Below, piece after piece: positions 62,947-64,000 of a DNA stretch of 64,000 bases. Both the position numbers and the translations under genes were made by a program. Source of the DNA: Scyliorhinus canicula (taxonomy: Eukaryota); contig NC_052157.1 of the NCBI RefSeq assembly GCF_902713615.1, positions 33,847,203 to 33,911,202 on the forward strand. The letters are read 5' to 3'. The notes beneath the pieces are model-generated. The model had not been told where the DNA came from, did no database searches, and worked only from the letters and a program-made list of their open reading frames with translations. Numbering within the stretch: the stretch's first letter is position 1; each line of letters starts with the position of its first letter.

Positions 62947-64000
62947 ACTTTACTTTTGTAAATTTTGTTCAGTTGGCTCTGTATCTGCATGATAGACACC
63001 TTCCCATGTACATATGTTCGTTAACTCACCACTTGTACATAGTCAGGCAAGTATATACCTTCACGCTCCATAACTTATTTTTAAAAAAGGGGAGATGTCA
63101 TAATATCCACTCATGTATAATAAGATGCAGACAGGCAGTGATTGACACACAGGATGACCAATGAACACACAACACAGAATAACCAATCAACAGACAAGAC
63201 ACCACCACTATAAAGCCCACAGGGCATTGAGACTCCCGCTCTTTTAAGGACCCAGACACTGAAACAGTCAGAGTGCACAGGTTAGTGGGCACCACTGCCA
63301 TGTGGCAGCTAGTAAGTCTGGTCGAGCCAGTAAGAGGTCATCAGTAGGATTAGTAGAGTGTGAACCCACAGCTGAACATGTACAGCAGTTCATAGTTAAA
63401 TAAAACAGTGTTAGATATTCTCTGGTATCAGACGTTTGTTTCTAGCCTCCCTGCATCTAGTTGCAGTCGACGTCGAACCAACCTGCCTAACACACCACGA
63501 CCCATCTGGGTTCTGAGTGCATTTTGGTGATCGTTGTCCACATTCAGGGTTGTCACATTCTGCTGATATCCACGTGTATAGTATTTTTCCTACTGGTATG
63601 ACTTAACTGATATGCACGTAAAGCAAGGGTGAGTGAAGTGAGGTGCAAGCTGATTGCACACGATATTGACTGTGAAAGGCGTGCGTTCCCTCCGCTTCCA
63701 AAGAGTAAATCTTTCTTTTGGTTTTACCATTTGAAGTTGATGACTTCAACTTGGAAGTTGATCGTGTATGAATGATTAAGCATTTTCTGTAACTCTGTAC
63801 GAAGTATTTGCCATGCATCAAATGTCTTTAATCTTATCCTTGGAGTCAGGGATAGTGAACAAACCTGATTTCAATCTTGCGGCCCACTGAGATGAAGGAG
63901 GCCCACTCACCAGCCTAGGTGGCCCATCTCTGGCACGCGGGCTGAATCCCGCTCATAGTTTTCAGCAGCAATGGGGGGGATGAAAGAGAATCAAGGGGTT

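Larger units (their letters stand above)
57990..63497 (+). mobile_element. Full-length decayed Ty3/Gypsy (Mag-like) LTR retrotransposon
   Basis: LTRs 57990-58393 and 63096-63497 (about 94-95% identical by eye); TSD CGACC; PBS TGGTACCAG at 58394; PPT AAAAAAGGGGAGA. Confidence 0.97.

Noticed and set aside
63603-63821. Possible minus-strand coding exon
   Set aside because: No convincing donor or acceptor and no recognisable homology

Overview
This is repeat-dense non-coding vertebrate DNA, very probably from a shark (cartilaginous fish; catshark-like repeat set). I cannot support any host protein-coding gene, RNA gene or CRISPR array, and the long ORFs I can recognise are transposon-derived. 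Contents: many HE1/V-SINEs with four tail types; Deu-SINE and Meta-like SINEs; CR1/HER1, L2, Rex1 and L1 LINE fragments; GC-rich PIF/Harbinger MITEs plus two decayed Harbinger elements; two hAT MITEs carrying a captured SINE tail; Penelope-like relics with hammerhead-like cores; three solo LTRs; and a decayed full-length Gypsy (Mag-like) element at 57990-63497. The most unusual feature is a young LTR element at 39332-42734 with no pol. Its single ancestral ORF fuses a Gag capsid N-terminus to a long repetitive, low-complexity tail, part of which is encoded by an NRF1/CRE palindrome array. A second highlight is a poly(A)-tailed V-SINE subfamily with long TSDs that looks L1-mobilised. All family names come from motif recognition by eye, not database searches.
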